Shown here: piece after piece, positions 12,201 to 24,628 of the stretch
How the letters are laid out: each line of letters opens with the position of its first letter
How positions within the stretch are numbered: the first letter of the stretch is position 1
DNA from: Psammoneis japonica
Lineage: Eukaryota
Direction of reading: 5' to 3'
Assembly (NCBI GenBank): GCA_008632985.1
Contig: QPGO01000083.1
Span: 223,075 to 287,074 of the forward strand
DNA: 64,000 nt
Position numbers and translations under genes: made by a program
Notes under the pieces: model-generated
What the model was told of the DNA's origin: nothing
The model's database searches: none
What the model saw: only the letters and a program-made list of their open reading frames with translations

Positions 12201-14800
12201 AATGCAGCAGGGAGAGAGGCAGAGAGAGTGGAGAAGAACCAAGTTGGTCAGAAGAATCATCAACAGGAACCTGACTTCATCACTTCCAACAGAAGAGTCA
12301 GCCAGTTGTTGCCTGAAAAGAGCTGCCAAATCATTGTCAATGGCCTTTTGTCAATCCATCACTTTGACAACATGTGCAAACCCATCACAGCCATGCATTG
12401 ATTGCACACATTTCTTTGGCAATGAACTTCTTTTTCAGAATCTCTTGAAACTCTGAATGCACCTGAGGACAATCACCAAACTCCATCTTGGTGCAACAGA
12501 GAAAGTCCAAAGCTTTGTGAGCATGCTCAAATCTGCATCTTCTTGTTCCTCCTCAGAAGGAAAAAATGGCATGTGCTCAGCTTTGCACCATGGCCAAAAA
12601 AATCTTAAGACAATTTTTTGGGCTTTTTCAATGTACAACAATGTGCCAATCATGTTTGAACATGACACAGTTTCTTGAGACACTGTTTCATGGAAATGTC
12701 AACACACTGGTCAGCTTTGGCTCATTCTTCTTGCCAGACATGGCCACACAGCACTGACATTGATGCCCATTTGGGAGAGCTGCAAAAGCCTGCTGTGGTC
12801 AAAACAACTGCAAAGGCATGTGAGGTGGACACCAATCTTCAGCCAATGTGCTGCAAGGCATGTCTTTGAAGTGCAAAGACACACCCAAGTGAGACTGAGA
12901 TGTTCAGAAGCTTTGCTTCACTTTTCATGGGATGCCAACCTGGGAAAACAGCTCTGAAAGATGTGGAAGTGATCTTGAATGTGGGTGAAGGAGCTGTTGG
13001 TGCCACCCAACATCAACTCTCATCAAGCTCACAGTTGACTCTTGCGTGAGCATGTGTTCTTGTGAGTGAAACAAGAAAGGTTGCAGATGCTGTCACAGGT
13101 GATGTGCGCAAGTCTCTGGAGAAATGTGTTGCTGCTTGCCAATCCCTGCTGAAGATGCAGTGCCATCAACCATGCAACTGACAAACTCACTCAACAACTT
13201 TCAAGTTGACATGCCTCCAACAAATCCTTGACCAACTTGAGCTGGTTCTTGACAAAGCAATTGATGCATGACCTCCACCTGGCACAGTTTCTTCTCATTG
13301 CCTGTGCTTCTTTGTGCCCTGCTGCTGTGATCCTGTGCAACATGCAGCTGCTGCCATCTGAACAAGATGCAAGCCTGTGACTGCACTGCAAAGTTGCAAT
13401 GCATCTGGTGTGGGTTGGAGGAGCAAATTGTGTCACAGTCAGTCACTCTTGAGAGGGCCAAAAATGAAAAGCCAAACATCCTTGACACACTGCAAGTCTT
13501 CTGCTCAGCAAATGAGCTTGAACAAAGGCACAAATCAAGTTTTGTGCTAAAGGAACAAAATTGGGTGTGCAATGCAAAATCTCTGTGTTGGCCTTTCTTT
13601 GCAGACATGACTCCAAGAGACTCAACTGATGAAATGGCCAGAGAAAATTCTTGGATTCCTTGGGATCTGCAAATGCTTGTGTCTCAGAGTGCACAACATG
13701 TTGCATGAGTGCTTTGAGCACACAGAAGGAATGGCCTTGAGGAGCTGTTTTCTCACTCTGCCACTGTCAACATGATCTTAACCTTCTCCAACCAATCAGA
13801 GCTTTTCTTGCATGCCTTGACATGGCTTGATGGTGAAAAGAGCATGCAATCTAAAGGACATGGAGATTTCACTGTGCCCTGCAGAGCGCCTTGAGGATGT
13901 TTGTCCAGCATGAAATTTGCGCCCAGTTCTCTGATGTGGTTCATTGCAGTCCAAGGGAATGGACAAGATTCTGCACTGCTTGTCTGCTGCTGGACAACAT
14001 GATGGGTGAGTGCTGTCAAAACATTGGATGAAACATGCTGACAAGAAGCAGCAAAAAAGCATGACACACATGGAAGAAGAAAATCAGGACAAGTGATGAG
14101 TGCAAGCTCAACAACCTCTGACAGAGGGTTTCTTGACACTGACTTGTCCATGAGGAACAAACAACCCAATGGATCATTGTCAATTGAGTGTTGAGTGCTC
14201 TCTTCTGTGGCTGCAGGGTGACTTCTCAAGAGTTCTTTTGCCCTTTCCCATTCAATGACATGGAGACTGTCATTCTCAATGGCGATGATGCCACTGCTCT
14301 TTTTAACTCACCAATCCATTGCTTTCAAGGCAGCTGACAAAACTCATTTTTGACTTGGGAAAAATCAAAGAGATGGGTCAGTCACAAGTGAAAACAAGCA
14401 GTGGAAACATCATGATTTCCCAGAGTTGTGCCATTTTGAGTCATTGTCATGTTGGTTGAGGAATGAGGAGGGGTTCTTGACTGAAGCAAGAGTGAAGAGC
14501 AGTGCACTTTGACTGACAATGGAAATCAAAAGCTTCTGTTGACAGAACAAAACTCTGCAGCTTCTGATCTTTGTTCAACTTGTGTGCCACAACTGAACTT
14601 GATGCACCACATGTTGGGAGCCTTGGCTGGAGCAGAGGGCACCATCTTGGCATGTGCAATTGCCTCTTTGACTTTGGGCATTGCCAGGAGCTTGATGGCT
14701 GCCAGCAAGATTGAAGTGCTGAGTCAAAACAATTGTTCCACATGGACAGACAGACAAAATTCAGATGACTGGACACAGACAATCCCCCAGACTCTCCCTC
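9240..14800. mobile_element. Heavily decayed, unclassified repeat or transposon DNA
   Basis: Near-absence of TpA and CpG, excess TG/CA/TGCA, only Tyr-free short ORFs; no recognisable domain. Confidence 0.5.
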
Positions 14801-14849
14801 TCATTTCACTGATTTGAACCAAAAACAAAAGTTGACAAGAGAAATGATC

Positions 14850-16800
14850 TAATGCTTGCACAAAAGGGAGCTTGCTTCAAAGCCTGATTGCAGAATTTTT
14901 GGTCTTGGCCCAAGCCACAAACAAATGACAAACAAATGGACCCAATTCACTGGCCTGGAGCCTTCTTCCCAGTTGGCAACAAAAAGCTCTCTCTGGAAAA
15001 GGCTTCATGAGAAAATTTGCAAGTTGGTCCCTGACTCAACTTTGATGACCACAAATTCATGGCCATGGGACCAGAGCCAGGGTCTTTTGACCAGAAAACA
15101 CTTGGTGCAGTTGGTGGTGACATGGCGGTTGGTTGTGATGAAGAAGGCACCTTGACTGTCCTCATGAATTTGTGCACAAACAGAGGTCTCAAGGTCTCAT
15201 TGGGCATCAAAAGTCAATGCTGCTTCTTGCAGCATGCTTTTCAAGGGCAAGAGGGTTCTGAGGGCAAAAGATGTGGCTTGGTGCTTGGCTTCAAGAGTCG
15301 AGCACAATGGAGCAGTCTGGAGCTGGGGTGTTTCTAGACCAGAGCACAGGTGTTGGGGGATGACAAAACATCTGGTGCGGGATCAGATGGAGCTTGAGTC
15401 AGAACCCAGTTCTTGGTGAAAGAGAGACAGGCAAAGTCAGCACTGACCTGCAAGTTAAGATCCAGAGCACTCGTGAGAGACATCCACAAGATGCCCTCAG
15501 CTTGCACTCCCTTGAGGAAGCATGTGAGAGTCTTGATCACAGCAGCATGTGGGTTCTTGGGAGCCAAGTTGAAGTGCACACAACTTGACTTGTGGCCAAA
15601 GCAATGTCAGGGTGAGCATTTGCAGACAGACACAAGAGCATGCCAATGATGCCCGGCTGGGTTCAGGGCTCATGCATGGGCCTGCCAGCAGGATCACTGC
15701 CAAGTGCTTGAATGGCTGCCACCAGCAACACATTGGGTTTGCAGTTTTCCATGACCATGGCAGCAAATGTCTCATCAATCAACTCAGACTGAGATGATTT
15801 GACAGTGCTGTTGGCTTGGTCTTCAAACTTGATTCTGAGAAACTCAGCAAAACTCCTTTTCTCAGTCCATTTGAATCCTCTTGTGTGGCCCTTCAATGGG
15901 CTGATGATGCTGTCAACAGCAGACTCACAGTTTGATCCCACAGCCAGTCATTGACACACAAACAGACCATGCAGTCACAGTGAGAGCATGGCAGGAGGCA
16001 AGGATCAATTTTGCTCTGAACAAATCCCAGATCAAGAAAAGCTTGGACTCTTGCCAAGCTTTGGACAAGTTTGGGGCCAAGAGTGGACCTGAGCCCCTGT
16101 GGCAAATGAGCCCACATGGGATCATCTTGTGGGACGCACTTGTTTGCATGAAGATAGACTGAAGCAAAATCAGCAGATGTGGTGATCCATCCCATCATCA
16201 CACTGAATGCAAGGAACAGTTGAGTCACACTCTGTGCAATGATGGGAGCAAAGGTGTCAAAAATGCCATCCAGCAAATCTGCTTGATGACATCATTGGGC
16301 CTTGTGTTTCTTGATTTCTCCAGACAATGGGGATTTGCAGATTGCTTGTGGCAGAATGCCTGCCAAGCTCCAGGAAGTGATCTGGATTTGGCAGACAATG
16401 TCGGGACTTCAATCAATGCGTGCACCTTGGCACATGAGAGCCACATCAAACCATTCTGAAAGAGTCTCTGTGGGGCAATCCTTGACAACCAAGTTGGAAG
16501 GCAAAGAAAGTGTGAAAGGCCAAAGCTGGGGTGTCAGCAGTGGTGGCAGATGAAAACCAGCATTGTTTTGCACTCATCCAAAACATGGCCAGAAGCATGT
16601 CTTTGATGGCAATGACAACACTGCCCTGGGTGGCCATTTCTGTGTCCTCATGAGTCATTTCTGGTTGAGCATGCAACAGCACAAGTTGCTGTGTTTGGTT
16701 TTGGGTGGGTTTCACAAGCCGATGCTCAAGATTCTTCCAAAAGCACTTCCAGTGAAGTCACCAAGTTGACACAGACAATTCAAGACAATGGTCTTCAAAG
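14850..16800 (-). mobile_element. Degenerate copia RT/RNaseH remnant
   Basis: DTFAPII, SADFASVYLH, LGFVQSKIDPCL, CLCVND (expected YVDD), PKNPHAAVIKTLTCFLKG, QVSADFA; many frameshifts. Confidence 0.75.
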
Positions 16801-17229
16801 TTTCTTGTGTGCTTGGGCCTCAGCCACAGATTTGAGTTGATGCTGTGTGCATCCATGGGCACAATGTTGGGATGGCATGCACAGTGGTTTGGCTCAATTT
16901 TGTCAACACTCGGAAGCAGTTTTCTCATCAAGCAATTTCAGAAAAGCAGAGCCTCATGACACACCAATGGGGAGTTGTCAGCAGCATCGCCAACAATGAA
17001 AAGAGTCTCGCTGCAGATGTGTTTTCACTTGGGCCACTTGCAGCCATTTTTCACAATTGGGGGTGCACACATGGCGGCTTCATCCCACGACAATGTGTCA
17101 AAATCCTTGGCTTTCCAATGGGCAGCCTTGTGCACCTGTGAGGAGTGGTGGCAGAGGTGGAAGAAGGCAATGAAACAAGCCAAATGTCAACATCCTTGAG
17201 ATCAATTGTGCCCACAATGCTGGGAGGAG

Positions 17230-19092
17230 CATGCTACCGGCGGCCTCAACCGGTCCCGGCGTCCGTGACTGAAATTTCACCACGGTGAAGTACGACAATC
17301 GAATAATTCGATTGGACTCAACCGGTCCCGATTTTGCATTAAAAACGGCATGTTGTACTTTGATGCATCTCGCCATGGCATACGTCGTGATGACGATGCG
17401 TTATGCAGGGGGGATCTTTTTCTACCATTGTTTTAAAGAGGTTGATATGTTGGTTTGGTTTCCTGGGGTGCTTTGGTTGCTACACATGCTATAAACGGTT
17501 GCGTGCCTCGACTCGTGACTCGATTACGGCACGGTGCTGGTAACATCTGAATGGTCGACAACGTTGCGTGGTAAGTTCTTTCCATATTTTCTCATTTTAT
17601 ACCGTTTATGCGCTCACTAAAGATGTTGTTGGTGCTTTGTTATAGCTTCATAGGTTCATTGATCGTCTCCTACGGTTGATTATCGCTTCTGCAATATTGG
17701 CATCTTGTTCACGGCGTTTGCACCGCATCAGCGCTCCAAGTAAGGAGCCTTTCGCTTGCTCCCACGCAATGATCTTTTGTGGAAAGTTTCATATAATATT
17801 GTTGGGCTTGTGACACTCTTGGCTTGCTTCTAAGGGACTTGATCGGCTCTTAATAACGGCATTTCGTTTTTCGGCCATCACAATTTCTGAAAAGTGCATG
17901 CATTCAGAATGAAACGATGCGAAGGAGCATCGAGGACACCTATGACGTTGGTATTTGTCAGACAGACGTACCATAAACCAAAAAAGCTTTCCCTGTGAGT
18001 ATGTTGTGATTGATTGAGTTTTGGTCTCGTTTTGACGAAACTCGCATGCCTCACTAGCGTTTTTTGGTGTCTTCAGTTCATACGTCAGGCATGTGGTCTA
18101 TAATGACCCTTTCTTCCTACTCTGCAATGGCATTATCATCACTATCTAAGAAATTATATCGCCCACGCTATTTTGGGAGATCTTGGTAGTGTATCGACTA
18201 GTCTAGGCTTTGCAATGGGTAAAATGGGGAGGTGGAGGCTTTTATGGCCGGGCCCCTCGCCTACTCTTGGATGCGTGGATGCAACGAACAGCTGGTGGTA
18301 CTTGATGCAATGAAATTTGGTAATGCAACTCAGAACTACCTCTGAAAGGTGCACTAGTGAGTATACTGTGATTTGTGTCCTCATTGGCTTATTGTTGTGT
18401 GCTTTGTTCCGCTCATATTTTCATTTTGCCTGTCATTTTTTCAGCATGGATATCTAGGACTGCGAGCGCTTAAAGTGGCCTTTCCATGCCAATGCTCTAC
18501 ACAGCTGAAGTCCTTTGATAATAGTTGTTCCTTTGGGGAATCAGATTGTGGATCTTTCAGTATCTAGTGGGGTCTAGAGAGGTACGAGTTATGGATGCAC
18601 TGTACCGCTAGAGTGCGCGTGCGCGTGCGCGTGCGCGTGCTTCGCCATTGCGAATGATGACTAACCGATCTTACAGATCTTAGGTGGAGACAATTGTCCT
18701 GGTCTTGCATCCGTGAGGCAACTGTGGAAGTATCAAGGAAACTATCGAATGCATTGTCCATTTGTGATCTTCTACGGGTACTCGAAGCGGCGTTTTCGGC
18801 ATTTTCCGTCGACGACGAAAAGCTTGATAATCCATTAAAACGACTTATGGTATTTTGTCATTCTTTGGAGGTATGATAGTATAACTCTTGGTATTGTAGT
18901 TTTCTTTAGTGGTATGATTGTATCGCTTGTCCGTCGGGAAGAACAAACTACCGGTATCTTGCGTTGTCATTGCGCTGTGGGGCGGGTTGATGCGGCGCAG
19001 CGGCGCTCGGAATTCAAATCGAGCGAGCGTCCGTCAGTCAGCCGGCGGGACCGGTTGAGGCAGCGGGACCGGTTGAGGCCGCCGGCAGCATG
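17230..19092. mobile_element. Segment bounded by 29-bp inverted repeats; possible TIR element carrying an intron-containing gene or gene fragment
   Basis: CATGCTACCGGCGGCCTCAACCGGTCCCG (17230-17258) vs CGGGACCGGTTGAGGCCGCCGGCAGCATG (19064-19092); extra subterminal CTCAACCGGTCCCG copies; interior keeps TpA and has GTAAGT/GTGAGT donors. Confidence 0.55.
18613..18640. repeat. (GTGCGC)n short tandem repeat
   Basis: gtgcgcgtgcgcgtgcgcgtgcgcgtgc. Confidence 0.85.
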
Positions 19093-20470
19093 GTTGCAAG
19101 TGGAGCACCTGAGGGAGGTGGTGGGTGGAGTTTCCTCCCTCTGTCAGGGTGGCAGAAGTGGCTCCCTCTCTCTTGTCTGAGACTGTGGGATGGATTCTGG
19201 GATGCAGAAGACTCTCATTGAGGACTGGGTGCAGTGCTGGGTGTGGCTCCAAAACAGGGATGTCTCCCTCTGAGATGAGTCTGGGATGGCAGGAGCTGCA
19301 GGAGACTCCAAAAGGAGGTGAAGAGAAAATGACAGGATCTGGCAGAGCAGGGGCAGGACGCAAAGGCATTGCAAGAGAATGGGGAGGGGCCTGAGCTGCA
19401 CAGGGGGGACTTGGAGAGAGGTGGCAGAGGCAGAGGCAATCATGACTCAGTGGCAGCGCACACTTCATGCAGTCTTTGACGGCAGTCATCAGCATGTGGT
19501 CCTGGTTGGCATCACTCAGGGATGATCTTTGTTGTCCAAAGTGTGCTGGCATGCCCTGTCACCAAAGAGAGATTGCCTTTCAGGGGTGTCTGATCCAAGC
19601 TGACTGCAGCAAACCAACTGTCAAAGACAATGTGAAATTGTGGAATGATGGCACCTGCAGGCAGGGCTGATGATGTGTGCAACAAGCACTGAAGCTGGTG
19701 GCGCAAACATGCTGGCTTGAACAGGGTTGCCACCTTGGCATTTTCTTCCCATCAGCAAGTGAGTCATGTGGACCATGGATTTCTGATGCAAGTGCCACTG
19801 GCACAAACCTGGGAGATGCATTCAGTGCAAGCAGTGTGTCCCTTTCCAATGACAGCTCAACTTTGGCCATTGGTGCACTGCAGCACACAGAGCACTGCCC
19901 AGGGAAAAGGCTGAATTCAAATGCACACACTTGAAGAATCTGCCTTGGCACCAGAGGGTGGACTGGTTGATGGTGAGGGCATTGGCAAGGACTGTTTTGG
20001 TGGTTCAGAGTTTGTGGCAGACAATCTGACTGCAGCTTCTTTCAGAGCTTGGGGTGATGATCTCAGCGAGGAAGACTCTGTCACACTTGTGTCTTTGCAA
20101 GCAAAGGCACTGCAATTCAAGAAATTTGAACAATCAACTTGCAAGACAAGACAATGACCATCCTCTCTTTGCTCATTCTTCCGAAACCTCACCCGCCCTC
20201 TGGCCTGGCTGCACCAGCTTGGGATTGTTGGGAATGAGTCTTGCACTCCAATCTAGTGAAGACTTTCCAGTCCAAACAAATGGGCACCACTTCCTTTGCT
20301 CCTTGAACTAGAAGAACACAGGAGAGCGAACGAGAAAGGCGGCACCAGCGCAGCCGCTCCCAACTGGAAGGTGCGGCCGGCGGCCGGAGTGAGCGCGCGT
20401 ACGTCGCGCGCAATGCTCCATGCATCCTGACCTTCAACCGTTTCTTGTGTTTTGAAATTTGAAACCCCGC
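19093..20470 (-). mobile_element. Copia-derived fragment (integrase C-terminal region)
   Basis: GKKMPRWQP and GAIIPQFHIVFDSWFAAV match the GKKLPRWQP...PQ.HV.FDD motif also present in element B; TpA-depleted. Confidence 0.7.
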
Positions 20471-20671
20471 ACCCAAACAGTTTCAAACTTGAAACCATCT
20501 TCCACGAAACCGTGGTCGTAATCGCCACACTTCAATCAAACCAACAACTGTCCACGCTAGTGTAATCGCTTCTTTTCTCCACGCTGTTGCCAAAAAATTG
20601 AGCTTGCTGAGAGACACACTTTAGACAACTCACGACGGTTCTTACCTTTCACTCGCAAAACTGACGACAGC

Positions 20672-21529
20672 ATGAAAATGGATTCAAAGTCTTTGCTTTA
20701 TATCACAATTGCATTAAATGTGTGCATCCATGCATGCTTGCCTGCTGTGCTTGATCATTGGTGGGATATGCCCTCGGCGATCTTGAACACGTCCATGAAA
20801 TCCGTGTTGGCATCCATGTTCAGGCACGTTTCCACGGAACAGCTGGTTGAGACCATGTTGCTCTTGTTCTTTTGCGGACGTGAGGTTTTTGTGAACACAA
20901 CATCCAGAATGTGGAAGACTCCATTAGCTTTTCTAGTTGTTTACGTTGGATCTGGCTTTGGAGCGCAAGTGGGACCACAGGTGGCGTTTCATTTGAGAGC
21001 ACAAATGTTGGCAGCTTCGAAACAGGCAGCACGGGAACTCTTTGAAAGTCAATGCACCCATTGGATCTGCAACTATGAGTTTGCCAGGAAAACGCTTGTG
21101 GAGGGTTCGACACTTTACCGTGTCCGTGACCAGCTTTTGGGCTTCGGAGTGTCAGCGATTAAGCCACAGCTTGGTGTCGCAGAGGGAGCAGTTTGTGGTG
21201 TTGTCGGAGCTATGGCGTACACTTGGATCTGTGGTCCTAAACGTCGCAGTTTTGTTATGGTGCGGCTATTCCTTGGTTTCGCGTCACTTGGTTTAATTGT
21301 CACGGATGGTGACCGCGCACGTCAAGCGATTCAAAAACAACTGTTATACAGCGACATGGTTTCTTCAGTTGAAAGCTGGGCACAAGACGAGCAAACAATT
21401 ATTCGGGTTTCAGGATACCTGAATGGGATTCTTTTTGCAATGGCATTGAACGCAGCTGAAAGGACGGTAATGTGGCGGCAACTAGACCATCCGAGATGGG
21501 GTCAAGGGCAACGGTTGGGAGGGTACTAG
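20672..21529 (+). CDS. Rhomboid-family-like membrane protein, probably catalytically inactive
   Basis: 285-aa ORF with several hydrophobic segments; SMFRH...QL..TML, VYVGSG, and LGVAEGAV in place of GxSG; normal TpA and Tyr. Confidence 0.6.
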   Translation: MKMDSKSLLYITIALNVCIHACLPAVLDHWWDMPSAILNTSMKSVLASMFRHVSTEQLVETMLLLFFCGREVFVNTTSRMWKTPLAFLVVYVGSGFGAQVGPQVAFHLRAQMLAASKQAARELFESQCTHWICNYEFARKTLVEGSTLYRVRDQLLGFGVSAIKPQLGVAEGAVCGVVGAMAYTWICGPKRRSFVMVRLFLGFASLGLIVTDGDRARQAIQKQLLYSDMVSSVESWAQDEQTIIRVSGYLNGILFAMALNAAERTVMWRQLDHPRWGQGQRLGGY

Positions 21530-22187
21530 ACAACAGGACGACAGTCGCATCAAAGTTATTATCGGGAAGGCCTGAGATGATTTATGGTTCTGAAAACTTA
21601 GCATGGGTGGTGGTCGCGGCTGCTACATTTCATACAGTAGATTGACTATTAGTTCAAATAATTGCCTCCTCTACATTTTCTATTATTTATTGAACAACTC
21701 TGCTCTAGCTAGTAGATCTAAGTAGAAGCTGTGCGCCCCCCACATTGCGCTTTCACCACAAATGTCGGGCGTTTCGATCTGCGTCGATCCTGGTCGGCAG
21801 CTCGGATTTTCTATATTGCTTGACCAGGATTCAACATTCATTAGCGTTGCATGGGGCTTGGCTCTTCTCTAGCTGGTGGAACTGCGAGGTTTGGATGCTA
21901 TTCCCTTAGCAGTTTGTGTCGACTTGCGCGGCTGGAGCGAGACACGACACTCGTGTATTGGCTAAGCGCCTTGGGTTTGCTTATTTTGATTGACGCTAGG
22001 TAGCACCCCATGCAAGCCTAAGAACTACTACCGGTACTGTATGCGAGAGTTTAATATCCGGGTACAATCGTGCATAGTGTCGGGCTCCTAAAGAATGAAT
22101 CGACTCAACTATCTGAATTACGAATCAAGCAGAGCCTCTCCCTCGCTCACTGCACATTTTCGTAAATAATATCTTGCATCCTTTTTA

Positions 22188-24043
22188 CTAGCGGGGGATT
22201 TCAACCAATGTTTTCCCGGCTTGTTCGCTATTTTTCTTGGTAGCATCATCTACTTTTTCGGCAAAAATTTCTGCCACCTTTGGCACAGCTGCGGCCGGCC
22301 TCGCTGCTACTGAATCTGCTGCCTCCGCACCAACGTTTCCATATCCCACATCCGTCAGTTGCCTTTGGGTGCTAACGACTGTACCAGACGTTGTCAAAAT
22401 GTTGACAGTATCTTCCATTTCATCCCCGCCATGAATAATTTCTAGTACTTCCGCTTCGCCGTTCATAACGCCACTGCAAGTAGTGAAGCAACACAGCGAG
22501 AACTTAGTTAATGCGAGATGAAAATTAGCAATAGAGGAGTTGACAGCGCTGGCGACTTTTGCCACGAAGGGCCTTCAAACAAACAAACCGTGGAGGCCAA
22601 ACATACCTTGACGCGCCTACATCTACCCTCCAAGCTTTTCCATCCAACGCAGCGTTGATGTGATGCTGAGGCGTGTGTCCCATAACCATCCGTTGGACAT
22701 CACCGCCAAGTTCCTTCAGCGCATCGTCTGAAAAGAATCACGGCAGAAAAGTGAATGCAGATGAGATAAGGGCAAAATAAGGAAAGCTGCTTCAAGACAA
22801 GCGAGACCACCTTTTCCTTACCAATCATTTGTTGCGCACCCTCTGTTGTTGGAGGGATATCAGCCGGTTTGCTGTAACATCGCATCCAAACAGGGGTGTC
22901 GGAACCCTTACCGCCGCTTATACACTCTGGCATGGTTTCAGCAACTCTTGTGGCACGAGTGTGAGCTGATTTGATAACATCGTCGGCTGACTTGTACACA
23001 CCCAAATTGTTGTTGCCGCCGTGTTGGTCTTCAAAGTAGTTTAGCAAGGCAAGCCATAAACATTGAGCAACAGCAATCGCAAACAGAGAACTCATGAATC
23101 AACAACATTGGAAATATTCACCTTGGCTAATCCAATCCCGCACGGCTTGGTTCATGCCCTCGACACCTCCGTACCGTCTTATATGCTCTGCTTTCAATCC
23201 TGCATGTACAAAGACAGTGCGCCCAACGACAATGGCTACATTCATGTTGGCCAAGAGAGGCTCCGCAAGTACGCCACCAGGCTCGTGTGCCGCCCATCGG
23301 GCTGGTTGGTTCTCGGCAAATTGAAGTCTCCATCGGTCTGAGCCCAACTCGGCATCCAGAAGCTTGCCAATTTCTCTGTCGTATTCTTCGTTTCCTCCGT
23401 GATTTGTGTACTCAAAACGTCCAGCAGCATTCATCGATTCATGATTTCCAAACAACATCACCAACGCCCCCCCAACTTTTATTGCTTGCCGCGACAGAGA
23501 AGTCAGTAATCGTAAACATGCCAGCTCGTTATCCCCGCGATCTAGAACGTCTCCCACCTGAACACAAATCGTTTCTCCACCCACCCACTTGGGGTTGCTT
23601 GTCGACGACTTGGGGTCCATTACACCGGCAACCACCAGGAATTCTTTCAGTGCGTCGATATCTCCATGGACATCGCCGAATGATACGATTCGCTGTCCTT
23701 TCCTAATACGATGAAGGCCCGGAGGCGGTGGTGGGAGAGCGTAGTCGTCAAGGTTGAATTCAGCATTCCTTGACAACACTGTAGAAAGAGGCATCCAAGA
23801 AATGTCAAGTAACTCTTCCGAGCTTCGTTCTACACAGAAACAGCATACATTAGAACGCCCTCCAGTTGCTTCCGAACACTGTGGTACGCCGCATCTTGGA
23901 CGCGAGAATGGCGCTGTAAACGGCGTTCTTCTATTCTTCAATTTGGGGACTACAAGAGCCACAGTATCTCTCGCAAACGTGCCTTGGCGACATGTCTCCA
24001 ATGTCACCGCGGTCACCAGAAGGCTTGAATATGAACTTGGCAT
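22188..24043 (-). CDS. Calcineurin-like metallophosphoesterase, Shewanella-like phosphatase type, multi-exon
   Basis: GDVHG, GDVLDRG, GNHE and FVHAG in 23099-24043; PVWMR, MVMGHTPQ, RVDVGASR and EVLEI in downstream exons; ATG at 24043. Confidence 0.88.
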
Positions 24044-24628
24044 ATTGGAAGAAACCTTTGTGTTGTTGTCAAGTGTGTTTGGCCCGACACTTCCCAACTG
24101 GTGTGTTCTTTGCCCGCTGTGGAGAGAAAGATGATGTCAAAAAAAAGAAAAGTCGTTCCGTCGCAAAATTGTGACGTGGCTAGAGTCATGACGTCATAAA
24201 TGACATCTTATAATTTGGCTTTCTTTTGATGACGAGCAGGTTTCCAATCACAACATCTTGGGCATCGCACGCGAACGAACCATGAGACCCCGTCCAAACT
24301 GGATCGTACTTGCGTACTTTCGTACTTGAGTATGGCCTAAAAAAGGCGCTTTGCGACTTTTTTAGGGTTATGTGCCCTATGATTCTACAATATTTAGGCC
24401 ATACGATCTCGCGTCAGGAACAGAGACCACCGGCCCTGTCTGTTCCTTCGCGACATCATACCCCTGACATCACACCCCCCACCCCTGTGGTAGGGGAGAA
24501 TATGGTGATGTCATGGTTACGTGGCAGTTTATATCTTATTCATTATATTTTTACATAAATGTCCTCACATTTATTTGTGCATTTGTGCACAAATGCTGAT
24601 GGCAGCAGGAAAAATCCTGAACCATGTT

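Noticed and set aside
97..17200. Hundreds of short Cys/His-rich ORFs as real genes
   Set aside because: They overlap in all six frames, lack Tyr and have no domains; they follow from loss of TAA/TAG.
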